This document shows, piece after piece, positions 1-10,065 of a stretch of DNA of 64,000 nt. Source of the DNA: Methanobacteriota archaeon (GTDB taxonomy: Archaea > Halobacteriota > Bog-38 > Methanoflorentales > Methanoflorentaceae); NCBI GenBank assembly GCA_963719035.1, contig CAVRAO010000008.1, forward strand, positions 399,898 through 463,897, read 5' to 3'. The position numbers were made by a program, and so were the translations under genes. Below the pieces are notes generated by a model, which was not told where the DNA came from, did no database searches, and worked only from the letters and a program-made list of their open reading frames with translations. Numbering within the stretch: position 1 is the first letter of the stretch; the number at the start of each line of letters is the position of its first letter.

Positions 1-1032
1 TTCAGCTGGACCGAGATCATCGAGGGCGGACTTTTTGAGTACTTCGAGCGCCTCACCCTCACTGACATCAAGCCACAGGTCTTCGAGCGGATCAAAGCCA
101 ACGAAGAGACCTTTACGGAGCTCAAAAAAGAGGTCTATGCCCGCTTCACGCCCCTCATCGCCGACCTAGACGGCTTGGATGAACGATTCGAGACGTATCT
201 TTTCCATCCGCAGGACTCCATCAACCGAAAGATCCTCGACGCCGCCCACTTTTACGCAACCAAGTGGGAGTTTGACATTATCAAACACGAGAACTGGAAC
301 GACTACGAGATCGACGAGATCCAGCGCGGCCTGCAGCGGCGGCAGGAGGCGCTCTCTGACGTGGATGGGCTACAGAAGCTTGCCCTGTTTCCGACCTACC
401 GCAGCTTCGTCGACTTGTGCGGGCGGCTTCGGTTCCAGGTGCGGTGGGGGCAACTGTACCGGGTTCCGCGCACCTCGGTGCTTGGCCATATGCTTATCGT
501 TGCCATCCTGTCGTACCTGTTTTCCCTTACGATTGACGCATGCCCCAAACGGCGCGTTAATAACTACTTCGCCGGCCTCTTTCACGACTTGCCTGAGGTT
601 CTCACTAAAGACGTCATCAGCCCCGTCAAGAGGGCCGCCACTGGCGTCGACCGCTTCGTTAAGGAGTTTGAAAGAGACGAGATGCAACGGCGGATTTACC
701 GACCGAAGCTTATCCCAGAGGCGTGGCAGCCCGAGATGCGCATGTTTACCGAGGACGAGTTTGTCTCGAAGGTGACGGTCGAGGGGAAACTGCAGAATAC
801 GACCTCTGACGCGATAAGCGCGTCGTACAACGATGACCGGTATAATCCGGTCGACGGCGAGCTGGTCAAAGCAGCCGATGATCTCGCAGCGTTTATGGAA
901 GCGTATTTGGCGTTGCAGAACGGTATCTCGAACGCACAATTGCGAACCGCTGTTCGAGAGAAGAGCTTGTTCTATCGCCATAAGACGATTGCTGGCATAG
1001 ACTTCGGCAAAGCGTACAAAGGTTTTCAATAG
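1..1032 (+). CDS. HD-domain phosphohydrolase (long YfbR-like family), 5'-truncated by the window edge
   Basis: Frame 1 is open from base 1 (FSWTEIIEGGLFEYFERLTLTDIKP...). Motifs RW, SVLGH, LFHDLPE and AADDLAAFMEA. Visibly more GC-rich than its neighbours. Confidence 0.8.
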   Translation, partial: FSWTEIIEGGLFEYFERLTLTDIKPQVFERIKANEETFTELKKEVYARFTPLIADLDGLDERFETYLFHPQDSINRKILDAAHFYATKWEFDIIKHENWNDYEIDEIQRGLQRRQEALSDVDGLQKLALFPTYRSFVDLCGRLRFQVRWGQLYRVPRTSVLGHMLIVAILSYLFSLTIDACPKRRVNNYFAGLFHDLPEVLTKDVISPVKRAATGVDRFVKEFERDEMQRRIYRPKLIPEAWQPEMRMFTEDEFVSKVTVEGKLQNTTSDAISASYNDDRYNPVDGELVKAADDLAAFMEAYLALQNGISNAQLRTAVREKSLFYRHKTIAGIDFGKAYKGFQ

Positions 1033-1105
1033 ATCGCAGGGATCGGCGGCGCAAATGCTCGGCACTCAGCGATTCTTAAAACAACAAGCATAGCTTACTA
1101 CTCAC

Positions 1106-1208
1106 GGTCAAATGCCCCAAGACTTGATACAGGATCGCAAAGAAATAAACCCGGGACGCGACCGGCTGAATCAACAAAAGCACTGTGATTTGCCTTGGGG
1201 CTTTGACC
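1106..1208. repeat. Element bounded by imperfect 15-bp inverted repeats (GGTCAAA[T]GCCCCAAG / CTTGGGGCTTTGACC) with internal stems
   Basis: Arms at 1106-1121 and 1194-1208 pair with one bulge. Internal TTGATACAG/CTGAATCAA and CCGG/CCGG stems. Confidence 0.6.
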
Positions 1209-1254
1209 AAACACCATATTCTTTCGTTGATACTATTTTAACGCTTTGAAAACG

Positions 1255-1299
1255 ATCGGTTTTTGATAAAGAAAATACGCTAACTTATCAAAAATCGAT
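1255..1299. repeat. 15-bp inverted repeat between convergent genes (possible terminator or protein-binding site)
   Basis: ATCGGTTTTTGATAA (1255-1269) and TTATCAAAAATCGAT (1285-1299), with one G-T pair. Confidence 0.6.
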
Positions 1300-1327
1300 A
1301 AGAGCGCACGCATTGCGCGCTTTATTC

Positions 1328-1750
1328 CTACAGTCGCTTGGCTAGACTGGATGCACCAAGCTGTCGGAGGATCCCAAACAAGTTGAGCTCGCCCCACTGC
1401 TCCGCAACTCTACCCTTCTCGACGCGGAAGATGGTAATTCCTTCCAGGGTCACCCGCTTGCCAGTGGGAGGGACGTCTAAGAAGGGCCCCTTGTGCGTCG
1501 CGTATCCAGACCACCGAATCACTACCTTATCAGCCTCTGCGATCGTGTCCTCGACGGCGATTTCGGCATCAGGAAATGCAGTACGATAGACCTCACTCGC
1601 TTGCATTGTGCCCTTTACGCCCGGCAATTGACTTTCCAGAGGGTTATGATCAACAAAGCCGGACGCAGTCGTTTCTTCGAGCGTCCTTAAATCGCCTGAA
1701 TCGAATGCTCGAAAGTTGCGCAGCGCAATTAGCTCGATTTCTCTCTTCAA
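1328..1750 (-). CDS. SnoaL-like ester cyclase (NTF2 fold)
   Basis: AFPD...ED.IAE.DKVVIRW...TH.G.F...PPTGK.V...G signature. A more typical MSIEE start at 1758 is out of frame. Confidence 0.85.
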   Translation of the reverse strand: MKREIELIALRNFRAFDSGDLRTLEETTASGFVDHNPLESQLPGVKGTMQASEVYRTAFPDAEIAVEDTIAEADKVVIRWSGYATHKGPFLDVPPTGKRVTLEGITIFRVEKGRVAEQWGELNLFGILRQLGASSLAKRL

Positions 1751-1829
1751 TAGACATGTCTTTTCAGAGGCTCTTACGGTTTGATCTCTGCGCTACATAC
1801 AGCGACATTTGGCGCTAAAAAAAGCTTCT

Positions 1830-2054
1830 TTACTCTTTAGCTGCCCCTTTTATACAGTAGAAGGCTTCGCCGAGCTCAAACGTTGCCGATACGGGGCACA
1901 CGTTGCACGGACATTTAACGCGTCGTGGAATTTTCGGACTTGCGCCGATAGCGCAAAAAAGCGTATCACTTAGCACGTTCTGATTGTACGTCGGACAATC
2001 CCCTTTATCACAAATGCAGCTCTTCCTGTTGGCTTCGGTGTCTGGTACCTGCAT
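1830..2054 (-). CDS. DUF2769-like small Cys-rich protein
   Basis: CIC....CPTY...LFC..G.S......CPC..CPV........YC pattern, typical of methanogen DUF2769. Confidence 0.75.
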   Translation of the reverse strand: MQVPDTEANRKSCICDKGDCPTYNQNVLSDTLFCAIGASPKIPRRVKCPCNVCPVSATFELGEAFYCIKGAAKE

Positions 2055-2325
2055 TCACATCTCCCATTTTACAATCTGCTGACTTTGGTAGCGGCGGATA
2101 AGCGCAGCCAACGCACTAGGGCTTTCATTACCCATTCCGTGCGTTTAGAAACCGTTTAGTTCTGAATAAGGAATGAGCGCGCCACTGGTATAAGATTTTC
2201 GAGCTCCCATGCTGGTTGCGCCCGATTGCGCGTGACCTGCGGTTCGTCTTGTCACTAAATGGTGACTCCTTAAGAGCAAATGTAAAGAGTCTTTATCGCG
2301 CAACTAGTAGTACAGGCGAAGCTCG

Positions 2326-2886
2326 ATGATGGTGATCTACTCCGTGGGACATTCGAATCGATCGCTGCAGGAATTCATTTCACTTTTATCGCATTATGCC
2401 GTTTTAACGGTGATCGACGTGCGCAGCCATCCGCACTCACTCGCCAATCCTCACTTCAACAAAGAAGTGCTTGAATATGAGCTGCCGCGGTCAAGTATGC
2501 AATATTGCTGGATGGGAGAGGGATTTGGGGGGTTCAGACCTCAGGGGGCCGAAGAGTCGCCAAACGCTGCGTGGCGGGTGAAAAGTTTCAAGAACTACGC
2601 GGATTACGCGCTCACCGACGCTTTTTCTGACGCCTTGACTGAACTTACCTCTCTTGCCACAAAACAAACCGCCGCCTTAATGTGTGCTGAAATCCTTTGG
2701 ACGCGTTGCCATCGTCGGATTATCGCTGATTATCTTCTGGCGCTTGGGTGGGAGGTCGTGCATATAGTGGACGCGTCTCGTTCTACGACCCACGAGCTCA
2801 CCCCCTTTGCAAAAGTTGAGGGCGCCCACATAACGTACCCCTCCCCTTTGCTCCAGCATTCGCTGGATGATTTCCAGTCAGAATGA
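2326..2886 (+). CDS. DUF488 family protein
   Basis: IYSVGHSNR, DVRS.P.S, LMCAE.LW..CHR.IIADYL motifs. Confidence 0.85.
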   Translation: MMVIYSVGHSNRSLQEFISLLSHYAVLTVIDVRSHPHSLANPHFNKEVLEYELPRSSMQYCWMGEGFGGFRPQGAEESPNAAWRVKSFKNYADYALTDAFSDALTELTSLATKQTAALMCAEILWTRCHRRIIADYLLALGWEVVHIVDASRSTTHELTPFAKVEGAHITYPSPLLQHSLDDFQSE

Positions 2887-2964
2887 GACGGAATCGCGCG
2901 TATGCTTTCTTGCTACCTCGAATCCGTTTGAGTCGTCAGAGCGATCGCAAAAGATGATCTGTCA

Positions 2965-3330
2965 CTACCGTTGTCGCGCGCGCATCGTTTCGCGCAACCG
3001 ATCGCCGCAACCAAAATAAGACGCCACTTCGCGCTCAGTAACCGGCTTCACTACTTGGGATAAATGCGCGCAAATCATATCGGCGGCCTCGGTCGGTATG
3101 TCGAATTGTGAGAGGTATAAATCGGTTATTTTCCAAAACTCGTCCCGATCGTTCACGCTGTCGAGCATATCTAAGTCGATCGAACCTAACCGCGTTTTAT
3201 CGACTATGCGCCCGTTTAACCACTTTTCTAGTACTACATGCAACGTAACATCGCCATGTCGGACCTGCCTTCGTGGGCCGTTAAACTTTTGTACGAACCG
3301 AGCGCGGTATTCTTCTGGCATTACTACCAA
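2965..3330 (-). CDS. hypothetical protein
   Basis: 121-aa ORF with a GAGGGG SD-like sequence upstream; no recognised motif. Confidence 0.6.
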   Translation of the reverse strand: MVVMPEEYRARFVQKFNGPRRQVRHGDVTLHVVLEKWLNGRIVDKTRLGSIDLDMLDSVNDRDEFWKITDLYLSQFDIPTEAADMICAHLSQVVKPVTEREVASYFGCGDRLRETMRARQR

Positions 3331-3429
3331 TACCCCTCTACTCTTTATTAAGCTAAGTGCCTAACCGATGCGAAGCACGAAAGTAATTATTACCCTTAGA
3401 ACCGGCACACGTGTAATTGCTTACAGCAG

Positions 3430-3525
3430 CTAAAACGGCCGTATTGATAGGTAGAAAACCAGGAGGCCCAATACTAGCATGAGGGCTATAACAACCGCTA
3501 TCATCTTCGTCTGAAGTGAGTTCAT
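3430..3525 (-). CDS. small single-TM membrane protein (31 aa)
   Basis: MNSLQTKMIAVVIALMLVLGLLVFYLSIRPF; the ATG lies 1 nt after the stop of the upstream small ORF. Confidence 0.5.
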   Translation of the reverse strand: MNSLQTKMIAVVIALMLVLGLLVFYLSIRPF

Positions 3526-3526
3526 T

Positions 3527-3694
3527 TTACGCGTCCTTCCTTTCCTTCGTTTTATTAGCATACGTGACGAGAAGATAACCAGCCCATACCACAAGAGAGC
3601 CGATGGCAATGCTAGCAGCGAGGAGGGGGTTGAACATCGCAGCAAAGAGTATGAAAAATGCGGCTGCAAGGGTGAGTAGTGCTTTATAATCCAC
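3527..3694 (-). CDS. small two-TM membrane protein (55 aa, below the ORF-track cutoff)
   Basis: Manual translation from GTG: MDYKALLTLAAAFFILFAAMFNPLLAASIAIGSLVVWAGYLLVTYANKTKERKDA. TATA-like TTTAAG about 25 nt upstream. Confidence 0.55.
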   Translation of the reverse strand: MDYKALLTLAAAFFILFAAMFNPLLAASIAIGSLVVWAGYLLVTYANKTKERKDA

Positions 3695-3811
3695 GTCTAA
3701 GTGTTACTACGTAAGTCCTTAAATCCGTTTCCCGCCTCGTCATTGACTTTCTCGGGTGTAGATCAACCAAACCTCTTTTTCGAGTGAATGCCAGCCGAAT
3801 TGATCACATCC

Positions 3812-4549
3812 TTAGGATGTGTGAAGCGATATCTGCCTCTTTGAGCTTCCAATCGGAAATACCTCTGCGCCGAGGACATTATTGAGGTCAAAGCCGTAAA
3901 GCGTCGCGTCTTTTTCTAAGACGACAAGTCGCCCCTTTACGCCAATGACGCGGCCGATGAGCATATCCTTCACCTGCAAGGGCCGCATCCACAGTGGCAC
4001 ATCAAAATAGCGGAGCTTAGTTTCATCGCGAGTGTCCATCTTAGCTTTCATCGCGTCCCAAGCTGTCCAATCGAGTTCAGTGTCAACGAGCATTTTTTGA
4101 GAATGGCGGACTGTCCCTTTGATTCCGTAACGCTTCTGCAGTTCGCGCTCGCGTCTTCGAGCTCGTTCGCCATCTAAGACATAGTCGACCACTGCAGCCA
4201 CATCGGCACCTTGCTCTCGCAGCCGGTCATCAAGTCGGCTGGCTTTCGTCACACCGATCTTGAAAATGTCGGGCCTGAACATTGCGATATATACCGCGTG
4301 CTCTTCTAGACACGTTTTTTCGTCCTTCAAGCACGTCCCGGTGCAGATTGCGCAGGCGTTAAACTCCTGGCAACTCCCGCACACCGGGGCTTCTTCACTG
4401 TCGCACGAATAATACATACCAGCCTGCCACTTTCCGACGCAGGTTCGCCTCCCTATCCCAAGCGACAGATTGCCTGAGAGCGGCAGCAGCTTCATAGAAG
4501 GATACGCTAGTAACGTCTTTTTTAGAGACGAAAAGCCAATAATCTTCAC
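3812..4549 (-). CDS. DUF2797 family protein
   Basis: Cys-rich N half; H.VYIA.F....FKIGVT....L..RL.EQGA; G.V.GVKG. Confidence 0.75.
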   Translation of the reverse strand: MKIIGFSSLKKTLLAYPSMKLLPLSGNLSLGIGRRTCVGKWQAGMYYSCDSEEAPVCGSCQEFNACAICTGTCLKDEKTCLEEHAVYIAMFRPDIFKIGVTKASRLDDRLREQGADVAAVVDYVLDGERARRRERELQKRYGIKGTVRHSQKMLVDTELDWTAWDAMKAKMDTRDETKLRYFDVPLWMRPLQVKDMLIGRVIGVKGRLVVLEKDATLYGFDLNNVLGAEVFPIGSSKRQISLHTS

Positions 4550-4631
4550 TACAAATAGATTTGTTTTTAAGTCTTTATATGTGTTAACCTCGCGACCGTT
4601 ACTATTTAAGCTCAGAAAAAGACTATGAGGT

Positions 4632-5201
4632 ATGCTCGTTGAGGTCTTAGAAGAGCCCGTGTTCTACGATGGATCACAAATAGAACCATTGTGGGGTTAC
4701 AAACGCTGCGGCATACTCGGCGATTGTGTTATCGTTTTTCGGGGTGGCATGGACGTCTCGGAAGAACGCATGAAAGACTGCGAGGATATTCGCGGCAAAA
4801 GCAAGATAACCGGCGACGATGTCCTCCATCTCATCGTTGAACGCTTTGACAGCCCTGGAAACATGTTCATATCTTACTTGTTACAGCGATTACTCGTTGT
4901 TTCCGCGCAAGCCGTGCTAAACATGTACGGTATTGAGACGACGAGATCTGGTGATGATCTTTACGTTGCAGACGAGAAGCTCACCGTGAGCATTGCAACA
5001 GCAAGCATAGCCAGCGAGAAGATGCATCTAGGAATCAACGTCACCACGAGCGGGACGCCCAAAGGCGTTGCCATCACAAGCCTGACTTCCTCGGGTATCG
5101 AACCAGACGAAAGCCTTTCGATCGGAAGAGATATTGCCGATATGTTCTCGAGGGAGACCCTCGGAATCCTTAAAGACGTAGTGAAGACCCGCGGGTCCTA
5201 A
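4632..5201 (+). CDS. DUF366 family (lipoate/biotin ligase-like) protein
   Basis: YDGSQI.PLW, R.GDDLY, KLTVSIAT, HLGINV motifs. Confidence 0.85.
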   Translation: MLVEVLEEPVFYDGSQIEPLWGYKRCGILGDCVIVFRGGMDVSEERMKDCEDIRGKSKITGDDVLHLIVERFDSPGNMFISYLLQRLLVVSAQAVLNMYGIETTRSGDDLYVADEKLTVSIATASIASEKMHLGINVTTSGTPKGVAITSLTSSGIEPDESLSIGRDIADMFSRETLGILKDVVKTRGS

Positions 5202-5241
5202 CGCTGAGCTTCTCTTTTTGGACTAAAGAGAGGGATGCTCA

Positions 5242-5820
5242 ATGCGAAAAGAACAAATCATTTATTTAGAGAAGCCCGGCCCTCAAAACACTGAAGACGT
5301 GATAAACGCCGTGCAGACTTATGTTGCAAGGAGCGGTCTGAAGCGAGTCGTTGTGGCGAGCACAACAGGCGCCACCGCGGTTAAATTTGCAGCTGCGCTC
5401 AAAAACACAGCAGAACTGGTTGTTGTGACTCACCATACCGGATTCAGTCAAGAAGGCACGCAGCGTTTTGACGCGGAAATACGGAAAATGCTCGAAAAAC
5501 AAGGAGTCACGGTATTGACCCAATCGCATGTGCTTTCAGGAATTGAAAGGAGTATTTCTCGGAAGTTCGGCGGCATTTCACGCGTTGAGGCCATCGCAGA
5601 AGCGCTTCGCTCCCTGCTCGGACACGGACTCAAAGTGTGCGTGGAGATCGCGATCATGGCAGCTGATGCAGGCGCAATACCTATTGAAGACATTATCGCT
5701 GTCGGTGGCACGGGTAGTGGTTCTGACACCGCCGTAGTGATACGCCCAGCACACATGAACAACTTTTTCGATGCCCGCATCAGGGAGATCATCGTAATGC
5801 CACGAGGTGGCGATGCCTGA
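5242..5820 (+). CDS. pyruvate-kinase C-terminal-like protein (COG1751)
   Basis: [36 protein letters not shown]. Confidence 0.85.
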   Translation: MRKEQIIYLEKPGPQNTEDVINAVQTYVARSGLKRVVVASTTGATAVKFAAALKNTAELVVVTHHTGFSQEGTQRFDAEIRKMLEKQGVTVLTQSHVLSGIERSISRKFGGISRVEAIAEALRSLLGHGLKVCVEIAIMAADAGAIPIEDIIAVGGTGSGSDTAVVIRPAHMNNFFDARIREIIVMPRGGDA

Positions 5821-7249
5821 TCGATTTGAAATCACGCACAAAGACGTATTCGGGCGTATTGGCAAGCTTGATACGCCGCACGGACCGATCGAAACGCCTG
5901 CTCTGCTGCCGGTCGTCAACCCGAACGCGGCACTCGTTGCGCCTGAGGAGATGCGACAGTTCGGGGCCACAGCGCTCATAACGAACGCCTATATCATCTA
6001 CCGGAATCCCCGTTTAAAGGAAGCTGCGCTCTCTGGAGGTATCCACAAGCTGCTCGGATTTGACGGGCCGATTATGACTGATTCAGGATCATTTCAACTT
6101 GCCACATATGGGAAAATAGAAATTCGGTCAGAAGAGATAGTGGCTTTCCAGCGCGATATCGGATCAGACATCGGAACTCCAATTGATATACCGACGCCTC
6201 CTGACGTTCCGTTTGAGCGGGCGCTCAGAGAACTCAATTTGACGCTGGAGCGGATTCGTGAGGCAACGACATGTTGTGGAGCCGAAATGCTGTTAGCGGC
6301 ACCTATCCAAGGGTCGACGCACCTCGACTTGAGAGAGCAGCACGCGCGGCTGCTCAGCAAGCTCAACGCCGACGTTTACCCGATCGGAGCAGTCGTTCCA
6401 CTTATGGAATCTTATAGATATACTGCCCTGAGCAACGTCATTATGGCTTGCAAGGCAGGATTGACGTTGAACAAGCCCGTTCATCTGTTTGGAGCCGGGC
6501 ATCCCATGATGTTCGCCCTCGCTGTGGCGTTAGGATGTGATCTGTTCGACTCAGCCGCCTACGCGCTCTATGCGAGAGCCGGGCGCTATCTAACGGCAAG
6601 CGGCACTCACCAACTCGACAACTTAGCTTATTTGCCGTGTTCGTGTCCAGTTTGCGCAGCTGGAGATCCGAAGCTCACCGAACGGGAACTTGCCGAGCAT
6701 AACCTTTGGGTGTCATTTGCTGAGCTCAAGACTATCAAGCAAGCGATAGTTGACGGGCAACTCTGGGAGCTGGTTGAAAGACGATGCGCGTATCCCGCGC
6801 TTTTGCAAGCCCTCCGAACGATCCAAAAAAACTGCGCGTCCTTTGAACCCATAGAACCGTTGAAGAGTTCTTTTATGTACACGTGCACGGAATCCGCCGA
6901 GCGGCCGGACGTTGCACGCTTCTCGAAAAAGCTTAACAATCTCGAATTGACCGGCCGCGTGCTCATAACGACCAACCGGAACAAGACCCGGGACGTGGAA
7001 CACGAGTTTGACACCACATTGCTTATGAAGGCCCCTTTTGGTCCCTATCCGCAAGAGCTCGCAGAAACGTATCCTATCGGTCAGTCTGAAGTCCCCGATC
7101 CCGACTACGCCTCAATCAAATCCGCTGTGAGAAATCTGATAGCGCTTATCAGATCTAAAAACGTTGAAGCGACCTTTGCCTATGATAGCACGTGGAATCA
7201 CGACGATCTTGCCGAACTAAGCTCTTATGCAACGCTCTTACCATTGTGA
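5807..7249 (+). CDS. tgtA: tRNA-guanine(15) transglycosylase (arcTGT), PUA-less form
   Basis: [49 protein letters not shown]...HN. Confidence 0.95.
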   Translation: MAMPDRFEITHKDVFGRIGKLDTPHGPIETPALLPVVNPNAALVAPEEMRQFGATALITNAYIIYRNPRLKEAALSGGIHKLLGFDGPIMTDSGSFQLATYGKIEIRSEEIVAFQRDIGSDIGTPIDIPTPPDVPFERALRELNLTLERIREATTCCGAEMLLAAPIQGSTHLDLREQHARLLSKLNADVYPIGAVVPLMESYRYTALSNVIMACKAGLTLNKPVHLFGAGHPMMFALAVALGCDLFDSAAYALYARAGRYLTASGTHQLDNLAYLPCSCPVCAAGDPKLTERELAEHNLWVSFAELKTIKQAIVDGQLWELVERRCAYPALLQALRTIQKNCASFEPIEPLKSSFMYTCTESAERPDVARFSKKLNNLELTGRVLITTNRNKTRDVEHEFDTTLLMKAPFGPYPQELAETYPIGQSEVPDPDYASIKSAVRNLIALIRSKNVEATFAYDSTWNHDDLAELSSYATLLPL

Positions 7250-7255
7250 AAGAAC

Positions 7256-8942
7256 ATGACGCGCCTGTTTGAAGTAACAAAGCGAGACGGTGCTGCCCGG
7301 TTAGGAAAGCTCATGTGGCGAGGCGAAGAGGTCGTCACGCCTTGTAGCTTCGAGTCTAAAGAGGACCTTGAGTTCCTAAAGGAATCGACGATTCACCGAG
7401 CTGAAATCGACGTGACGATCGTCGCTGCTCAAGAAGAGACGAGCGCAGAACAAATCGACGCTGATGTAGTCATCCTCGCCGGCGCAGCGAGATTCCGCGA
7501 TGATCCGCGTGGCCTGACCAAAGCGCTCTTGAGGGCGAGAGAATTAGCAAATCCTGATTCAGCGCTTTACGCGCCGGCGTTGGCGACGCCAGAGAACGTG
7601 AGCTTGCTGGTCTACGCGGGCGTTGATCTTGTTGACTCCGTTGTGGCAGGGGTCAAGGCCCGCGAAGGGTACTTTCTCGATGCCGACGGCGGACGGCGAT
7701 TTGACGCGGTTTCGCGCAGGCCCTGTTTGTGCAGCGCCTGCAATGGCGCAAACGTAACAGAACTCTCGTTCGAGCACAAGGTGGCGTTAGCATCAGACCA
7801 CAACAAAAGAGCCCTCAAGGCAGAGCTCAACAAGATAGCCGAGAATGTAGAACGCGGGACCCTAAGGGAGCTTGTGGAGGGACGATGTAGATCTGCTCCC
7901 GTGCTAACAGCACTTTTACGATTGCTCGACGATGAGTTACAATTACTTTGAGCGGCGATCGCCGATTGTGCGGACGGCTACGCTGCTTGCGTGTTCTCAA
8001 GAATCTCTTAACAGGCCGGAAATACGCCGGTTTAGCGAACGCGTCATAGAGCGCCTTCGGATAAGGGACGGCGTCCTGCTTCTGCTTCCGTGTTCTGCGC
8101 GAAAACCGTACTCTCGCTCGCGGTCCCACAGGATTATCCTTGCACATCTCAATAAACTGCGCCAGTATCTTAACGAGGCCATAATAACGTCGCCTATCGG
8201 CGTTGTTCCACGCAGTCTCGAGATTATGTACCCTGCAAGCAACTACGACATACCGGTCACCGGGAAATGGACGTGTGACGAGAGGGAGTGGGTAATCGGG
8301 CGCCTCAGTCAGTACCTTTCGGTCAATGCTTTTGAAAGTGTTATTGCACACGTAAGTGGTCCCTATCGACAGATCTGTGACGAAGTTGCTGCCTTACTCG
8401 GAATCGAAATAGTTCACACCGTTTCTGATGAGAACGTTCTTAGTTTCGCGTCCCTCCAGCGCTTACGCACCGTCGCCCAAGAGCTCATTGATAGTTGTTC
8501 ACCGGCGCGGCGCGATTTGCGGTTTGATTACTTGCGGGATCTCGCTGATTTTCAATTCGGCTCACACGCGTCAACAGCTATCTTTCCCGAAGTTCCAAAA
8601 GTCCACGGGCTTTTTCCGGCCTACTACGCCTCGGACGGTGGAGAGCGCATAGCAACTATCACGGGCACGTACGGTACCCTTGCTCTGACAATTGAAGGCG
8701 CTCGACGGTACCTGAGCGCAAGCGACGGTACGTACTCCGTAAGAATCGATGACTTCGAACCAAAAGGGACAGTTTTTGCGATAGGCGTGCTCAGTGCTGA
8801 TCCCGGTATACGGCCTTTCGACGAGGTGATCGTATACAACGATAGCGTCATTGCAGTCGGAAGAGCCCTCATGAGCGGTTGGGAGATGCAAACGTCGAAA
8901 AACGGTGGCGCTGTTGCTGTACGGCACATGGAGTCGCGATGA
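7256..8942 (+). CDS. arcS: archaeosine synthase alpha subunit (ArcS), split by a +1 frameshift at about 7937
   Basis: 5' ORF has RDGAARLG and a Zn motif. 3' ORF has LLLPCSARKPYSRSRSH, YDIPVTG.W, DFQFG and a C-terminal PUA. Deleting one T at 7937/7938 gives continuous LDDEYNYFERRSP. Confidence 0.88.
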
Positions 8943-9958
8943 AAAAACAGCAAATACCTCGTGAATACGCGGCCCGGAAGCCGGAGCGAAAAGCAATCGG
9001 CAGCCGCGCACGTGGCAATGCGCAATTTGCCTGGACTGGCATGGATCTGCTAAACGGAGAGGTCGTGCCGTCTCTGACTGTGGTTCTTACGACTAAAGGC
9101 TGCTCCTGGGCCCATCGAGACGGCTGCACGATGTGCGGTTACAGCATCGACTCGAACCCTAATACGCAAGCCTCAGACATTCAAAAGCAATTCAACCAGG
9201 TCATTGCGCGCTATGGCAAAGCGTTCAAGATCGTGAAACTGTTCACCTCAGGCAGCTTTCTTGATCAAGATGAGGTGCCGATCGACGTGCGAGACGCAAT
9301 CCTGTCTGAGTTGAGGGACATGCCGAAGGTTATCGTCGAGAGTCGACCGGAATTTATCACGCCTGCGATCTGCGAGGATATCGCTAGAACAAACGAGCAC
9401 GTTGAAGTAGCAATTGGCCTTGAAACGTCAAGTGACCGCATCAGAAACAACTACATCAACAAAGGGTTTTCATTTCGTGATTTTGTCAGGGCATCTGAAG
9501 CAGCACGCGCTCACGGCTTCACAGTCAAGGCTTACCTGCTCCTCAAGCCACCTTTTCTGACAGAACGGGAAGCCTTGGAAGATGCCCTCCAATCCGTTCG
9601 CGACGCTGCCCCGTACGCAGATACGATTTCGTTGAACTTGTGCAACGTGCAAAAAGGCACCCTCGTTGAGGCACTTTGGAAAAAAGGCCTGTATAGGCCC
9701 CCGTGGTTGTGGTCTGCCGTGGAAGTCCTGAAGCGGACGCACGAGACTGCTACTGTCATCTGCGATCCCGTTGGAGGGGGCTCTCGGCGGGGGCCGCATA
9801 ACTGTGGCAAATGCGACCGCGAGGTGGTAGCAGAAATCAAAGAGTTCTCCCTTTCCCAAAACAGCGCGTCATTCACCGCTTCGTGCACCGATCAGATGCT
9901 GTGGGAGTTTGTCCTCGAGTTTGAAGAGTTCAGTTACGGCGCACCGCTTGTGCCGTAA
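8939..9958 (+). CDS. raSEA: archaeosine synthase beta subunit, radical SAM enzyme RaSEA
   Basis: GCSW....GCTMCGY, KLFTSGSFLD, ESRPE, GLET, YLLLKPPFL, PPWLWS, RGPHNCGKCD. ATGA overlap with the arcS stop. Confidence 0.9.
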   Translation: MKKQQIPREYAARKPERKAIGSRARGNAQFAWTGMDLLNGEVVPSLTVVLTTKGCSWAHRDGCTMCGYSIDSNPNTQASDIQKQFNQVIARYGKAFKIVKLFTSGSFLDQDEVPIDVRDAILSELRDMPKVIVESRPEFITPAICEDIARTNEHVEVAIGLETSSDRIRNNYINKGFSFRDFVRASEAARAHGFTVKAYLLLKPPFLTEREALEDALQSVRDAAPYADTISLNLCNVQKGTLVEALWKKGLYRPPWLWSAVEVLKRTHETATVICDPVGGGSRRGPHNCGKCDREVVAEIKEFSLSQNSASFTASCTDQMLWEFVLEFEEFSYGAPLVP

Positions 9959-10065
9959 AATGCGGGCGAATCTTCTATTCTTCACTTTTGCGACTTCGTT
10001 TGATAAAAGAGCGATAAGACAATGCTTATATACAGTTTAGCCAGTGTAGCAGCTGAGGTGGAACC

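Noticed and set aside
5807-7249. TgtA lacking a PUA domain as a truncation
   Set aside because: PUA-less/split ArcTGT forms are known in euryarchaea, and the ORF ends cleanly.
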